A program made the translations under genes and the position numbers. Positions 60,407 through 64,000 of a stretch of DNA of 64,000 nucleotides are shown piece by piece (the stretch's first letter is position 1; each line of letters opens with the position of its first letter). The DNA is from Patescibacteria group bacterium. Its GTDB lineage: Bacteria > Patescibacteriota > Minisyncoccia > Minisyncoccales > UBA10102. Where the stretch lies: assembly GCA_022563395.1 (NCBI GenBank), contig JADFNM010000001.1, forward strand, positions 334,342-398,341, read 5' to 3'. The notes beneath the pieces are model-generated. The model did no database searches, had not been told where the DNA came from, and worked only from the letters and a program-made list of their open reading frames with translations.

Positions 60407-61791
60407 TATTCAAGCTCTGCTCTTTTTGTGAGATTGATCAACTTCCATTCTTCAAGTTTTTGTTTTAGTCTTTCAGCAGTGTCCGAGTACTGACTGATTA
60501 CATTGTGGGTTTCTTTGGGATCGTCTTTGAGATTATACAATTCAAATTCTTCTCTAGATGATATAAGTTTCCATTGGTTGGTTCTGACAAATATATAATT
60601 ATAATTCAGTTGTTCCCCTCCTCCATATGTATACTCAAACTGTTTATCTGTCCTGCCCTCTATCAACGACACCAAGCTTCTTCCTTGAATCTGTTGTTTG
60701 GCTTCTTGGAATATCGAGAGGTCAAGAAAATCTAGGATGGTGGGGAAAATATCAATAAGCTGTACTTGGGTGGATATTCTTTGCCCTTCAAAGTCAGGGT
60801 GTCTTATTATCAGAGGAATACGTATAACTTCGTCGTAGAGCTCTCCGTGCCCGATGAGCCTACCCCCCTCCAAATACTGTCTGTCTAGGGATTCTCCCAG
60901 ACTTTCTCCGTGGTCGGAAAAGATCACAATTATGGAGGTATCATATAAATCCAACTCTTTTAACGTATTGAGAAATTGTTGGATAAGGGGGTCGGTATAG
61001 AGTATTCCATCGTCGTAGTGCGCAATGACGTGGTCAAGATCCCTTTGTTCAAGAGGGATTGTTTCGTTGCCCAACACAAGAAAAGGTTTGCCTTTAATTT
61101 TTTCAATAAAACGTAACTTAAAATTGGTGCTCTTGTGGTCACTAAATATGCCTTTATAATCGGGGTCAAAAACATGCTTAGGTGGATACTTCAGATATTG
61201 AAAACGAAGATCGCGGACATCATACCCATGCACAAACAAGAAAAATTTATCCTCTTTTTTGTTTTGCTTAAGCCATTTTATTGCAAGAGGGAAATTATCG
61301 GCGAGAGAGCCTCCATTAATGTAGGTATCAAATCCTCGATTAACGCCAGAACGATCAGACAATTGTGTGCCGGCTATAAATCCGGCTGTCTTAAACCCGT
61401 ATTGTTTCAAAACTTCCGCAAGCGTGAATCGTAAGGGAGATAACGTATCCAATGATTCAGTGCTTGTTCTATGAACATCTGGGTATTGAGAGGTAAATAA
61501 TGAAGCATGGCTCGGTAATGTTGCGCCTGCCTGAGTAATTGCCTGCTCAAAAAGGATGCTTTCCTCTGCAAACCGATCAAGGTTGGGAGAGGTATCGCGA
61601 GAGTACCCATACATTCCGAGGTGATCAGCTCGGAGGGTGTCGATGTTGATAAGAATGACATTGTAAGATTTTGGAGGAACGAGTAATTTCTCCAGGGGCA
61701 AAGTGTAATTTTGTGCAAAAGAAAACAAAAGTACGATAGACAAAATAAATATGCCCACAAAAGGAAGCATAATATTATATTTCTTGGTCAT
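60406..61791 (-). CDS. Membrane-anchored sulfatase-fold protein, paralog 1
   Basis: Same architecture as the other paralogs. The nucleophile region reads 'AGATLPSHASLFTSQYP'. Confidence 0.8.
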   Translation of the reverse strand: MTKKYNIMLPFVGIFILSIVLLFSFAQNYTLPLEKLLVPPKSYNVILINIDTLRADHLGMYGYSRDTSPNLDRFAEESILFEQAITQAGATLPSHASLFTSQYPDVHRTSTESLDTLSPLRFTLAEVLKQYGFKTAGFIAGTQLSDRSGVNRGFDTYINGGSLADNFPLAIKWLKQNKKEDKFFLFVHGYDVRDLRFQYLKYPPKHVFDPDYKGIFSDHKSTNFKLRFIEKIKGKPFLVLGNETIPLEQRDLDHVIAHYDDGILYTDPLIQQFLNTLKELDLYDTSIIVIFSDHGESLGESLDRQYLEGGRLIGHGELYDEVIRIPLIIRHPDFEGQRISTQVQLIDIFPTILDFLDLSIFQEAKQQIQGRSLVSLIEGRTDKQFEYTYGGGEQLNYNYIFVRTNQWKLISSREEFELYNLKDDPKETHNVISQYSDTAERLKQKLEEWKLINLTKRAELE

Positions 61792-61826
61792 AGAAAGTTG
61801 TCAAGCATTAGAATACCACACAAAAC

Positions 61827-62441
61827 CTACCCGCAGCGCAGAGAATGCAGTAGTCCTAAATCCCTGCTTTCCACAAATATTTCTGGTGGAAAAAATAATT
61901 TCATTTCAATAAACACGTCGTTTTTGGGACAATATAAAAATCCTATCAAGGATTTATATTTCACTTCATCAAGAGAACAGACCCCATAAGAGAATCTCTC
62001 GCTGGCGTACAGAATATAATAAGATACGCCATCCCGTATGCCACGAACGGGATGAAATTCATCGGGGCACTCCACATTGCGTGTTATTATACCCGGATAA
62101 TGGGCGGGTCCGGGAAGAAAAATAGATTCTATGCTAGCCTTTTTGTCTTCCGTGTAGAGCTGGGCTTCCCTTTCTTCCATATTCTCAACTAACTCTATAC
62201 GGGCAATAATGTTCTCATGCTTTGCTGATATTTTTGTGACTTTGAGGTCTATAATTTGTGTTGTTTTTATCTTATTGATGGAAAAACTCTGCGTCTCTTG
62301 AAAGAGTACTCCTTTTGTTTCTAGATACTCTTTAAGATTAGATGCAACAAAAGTGCTCTGTATTTTCCCAACGAGAAATACTGCCGAACCAACAAGGAAA
62401 ACAATGCCGATGAAAACTAAACTCTTTGGTATTTTCCTCAC
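61827..62441 (-). CDS. Membrane-anchored hypothetical protein
   Basis: 204-aa ORF with a GTG start. TM 'LVFIGIVFLVGSAVFLVG'. No motif recognised. Confidence 0.55.
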   Translation of the reverse strand: MRKIPKSLVFIGIVFLVGSAVFLVGKIQSTFVASNLKEYLETKGVLFQETQSFSINKIKTTQIIDLKVTKISAKHENIIARIELVENMEEREAQLYTEDKKASIESIFLPGPAHYPGIITRNVECPDEFHPVRGIRDGVSYYILYASERFSYGVCSLDEVKYKSLIGFLYCPKNDVFIEMKLFFPPEIFVESRDLGLLHSLRCG

Positions 62442-62457
62442 TTCATTGTGACAATCT

Positions 62458-64000
62458 TCATTCTGCTTTTATTTCTTCTAACATCCTCCCTTGTACATAT
62501 GGTGGCGACTCGATGCCCATCAGATTCAAAATGGTAGGCAACTGATCTATGTGAGAAATCGGATCGAGCAACTGAAATCCTTTTTTAACTCCAGGGCCCA
62601 TTACCACAAACGGCGTCCACATACAGCTGTTTTCCTTTGCATCTATGGTTTGCTTGTATCCGGATGTCAAAGGATTAGCAAACACCCTTAAATCCTCATC
62701 CATTTCTTCCGTCCAAAAATATCGAGGGGTAACCTCTATAACAACATCACCAACTCTATCGGTCGGTAACTCAAAGAACTTGGGAGCATCTTCCCATGGG
62801 ATAGCGTTTACGACCGGCTTAACTCCATTATCATCTTCTAAAGCCAATAATGTATCAATAACCTCCTGCCGTAATGCTTCATATTCGGCTCCCGAAGCTC
62901 TTTGCCAATCTCCGCCAAGTCCTTGAGGATGCACATAAATATGGGCCATCTTCAAATAGATGACTTTCGAATTGTCCCAGTCAATGGTAGGCTCTCCGGT
63001 CTTTTGATTGATAGTAAATTTTAGCCAGCCTTTTTGAGCAAACACATTATTCAATTTTACAAGCCGTTGAAGGGGGCAAACTCCATGGTCAGAACTTAAA
63101 ACAAATAAAGTGTCTTTATCCGCATTATCCATGGCTTCACCAATAATTGCATCCAATCCTTGATACATCTCCAAAATATCGGCCCAAGCGCCCTCCGCCT
63201 TTTTTTGGTCATAATCCTCTCTTGATGTATCAATCAACCTATGCCACCATCTGCTTTCCAGCATCTGATTTGGGGTGTAGATGTCTTGAATGAAGACATC
63301 TGGATTATAGTTTTCGTAGATAAAAGGTACCGCATTCTTGTGCCATTCCCAAGACATCCTTGCCTCTTCCAAAAATGTTTCTTTGTCTTCCTGTTCATAA
63401 ATAAGTTGGGGCGGCCAGTTATCTGCAAAATCAACCATCGGCCCCACATTCTCGGTAAGCTCGCCAGCTACCGAGGAAGGCTCCGTAACAAAGCGATTCA
63501 GGTTATTGTACAGAATCCTCACTCGAAAATTGCTCGTATCCCACAATTTGATGAGTTTAATTTTTATATCTGAATCAAAAGACGCATCTTGAAATGTTAA
63601 TTGAACAGGCAGCCAATTGCTCCATTCGCCCTGCGCAAGCTCTACAAAAGTGTCTGGGTTGGATTTATCAAGAGCAAACACGATGCGATCATAATTTTGA
63701 GCACTATCATCACTCGAATCGTAAATATAGGCATACACGGGCAATCCGTGCGCTTCTAGTGTTGCCTCCATCGGGTTACTCAATGATGTGGGGGCGCCAA
63801 CCCACCCCCCGGCATTATCTTTATCAACAAATTGCGTTAAGTGGGGTCCTAAGAAAAATAGTCGAAATCCCCTTCCCGCGTCTTTTCTTTCTTCAAGCTG
63901 CTCTTCTGACTCATATATAACCTTAAAAGTATCTGCTCCCCATCCTCCCCATCTTCCTCTTATTGTAATTCCCTCTTCTAATTCGGGGGGGGTAGAGCCC
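62458..64000 (-). CDS. Alkaline-phosphatase-superfamily enzyme, type I phosphodiesterase/nucleotide-pyrophosphatase-like (5'-partial)
   Basis: The C-terminal part has 'DTLFVLSSDHGVCP' and 'TPFVVMGPGVKKG'. The track start at 63783 is a TTG. I translated the same frame upstream codon by codon and found no stop through position 63999, so the gene runs off the window. Confidence 0.7.
   Translation of the reverse strand, partial: GSTPPELEEGITIRGRWGGWGADTFKVIYESEEQLEERKDAGRGFRLFFLGPHLTQFVDKDNAGGWVGAPTSLSNPMEATLEAHGLPVYAYIYDSSDDSAQNYDRIVFALDKSNPDTFVELAQGEWSNWLPVQLTFQDASFDSDIKIKLIKLWDTSNFRVRILYNNLNRFVTEPSSVAGELTENVGPMVDFADNWPPQLIYEQEDKETFLEEARMSWEWHKNAVPFIYENYNPDVFIQDIYTPNQMLESRWWHRLIDTSREDYDQKKAEGAWADILEMYQGLDAIIGEAMDNADKDTLFVLSSDHGVCPLQRLVKLNNVFAQKGWLKFTINQKTGEPTIDWDNSKVIYLKMAHIYVHPQGLGGDWQRASGAEYEALRQEVIDTLLALEDDNGVKPVVNAIPWEDAPKFFELPTDRVGDVVIEVTPRYFWTEEMDEDLRVFANPLTSGYKQTIDAKENSCMWTPFVVMGPGVKKGFQLLDPISHIDQLPTILNLMGIESPPYVQGRMLEEIKAE

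Overview
This 64-kb window looks like a chromosomal segment from a small-genome, Patescibacteria/CPR-like bacterium. That placement is inferred from gene content and architecture. The genetic code is standard: TGA, TAA and TAG all terminate recognisable genes.

**1-28.1 kb: housekeeping and DNA-transaction genes.** These are rnj, trpS, a phosphohexomutase, rpsF-ssb-rpsR, recA, ftsK, rpoB-rpoC, an O-antigen-ligase-like/TPR membrane protein, yraN, comM, dprA, comF, rodA and ligA.
- A family of 17-20-nt units is scattered between them. The units pair into ~40-bp palindromes (REP/REPIN-like).
- Two IS200/RAYT-like tyrosine-transposase genes are present. One carries an in-frame TAG.
- One palindrome sits in-frame inside dprA.
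- A different ~75-nt segment is shared in-frame by rpoB and rpoC.

**28.1-40.4 kb: a visibly GC-richer block.** It holds four prepilin-type (minor-pilin/pseudopilin-like) genes behind a ~1,260-1,330-aa PKD/Ig-like surface protein. It also holds a divergently transcribed 254-aa membrane protein with a consensus promoter, and a ~1,750-aa TPR/Ig-like/CARDB/PA14 giant protein.

**40.4-64 kb: one uninterrupted minus-strand run of membrane-anchored or secreted proteins.**
- A secreted protein made of 19 FYPQ repeats.
- Two cupredoxin-like proteins that bracket a tandem array of eight divergent paralogs. The paralogs belong to a Cys-pair/His-motif repeat family I cannot assign to any named family.
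- A permease fused to an FG-GAP/ASPIC beta-propeller.
- Four tandem sulfatase-fold paralogs that lack the formylglycine motif.
- A partial phosphodiesterase-type gene that runs off the right edge.

**Limits.** I recognised no rRNA, tRNA or CRISPR array by eye. All family assignments come from motif recognition only; no searches were run. Hand-counted coordinates of non-ORF features may be off by 1-2 nt. The ORF track treats TTG/GTG as Met, so I moved several starts to the first ATG.
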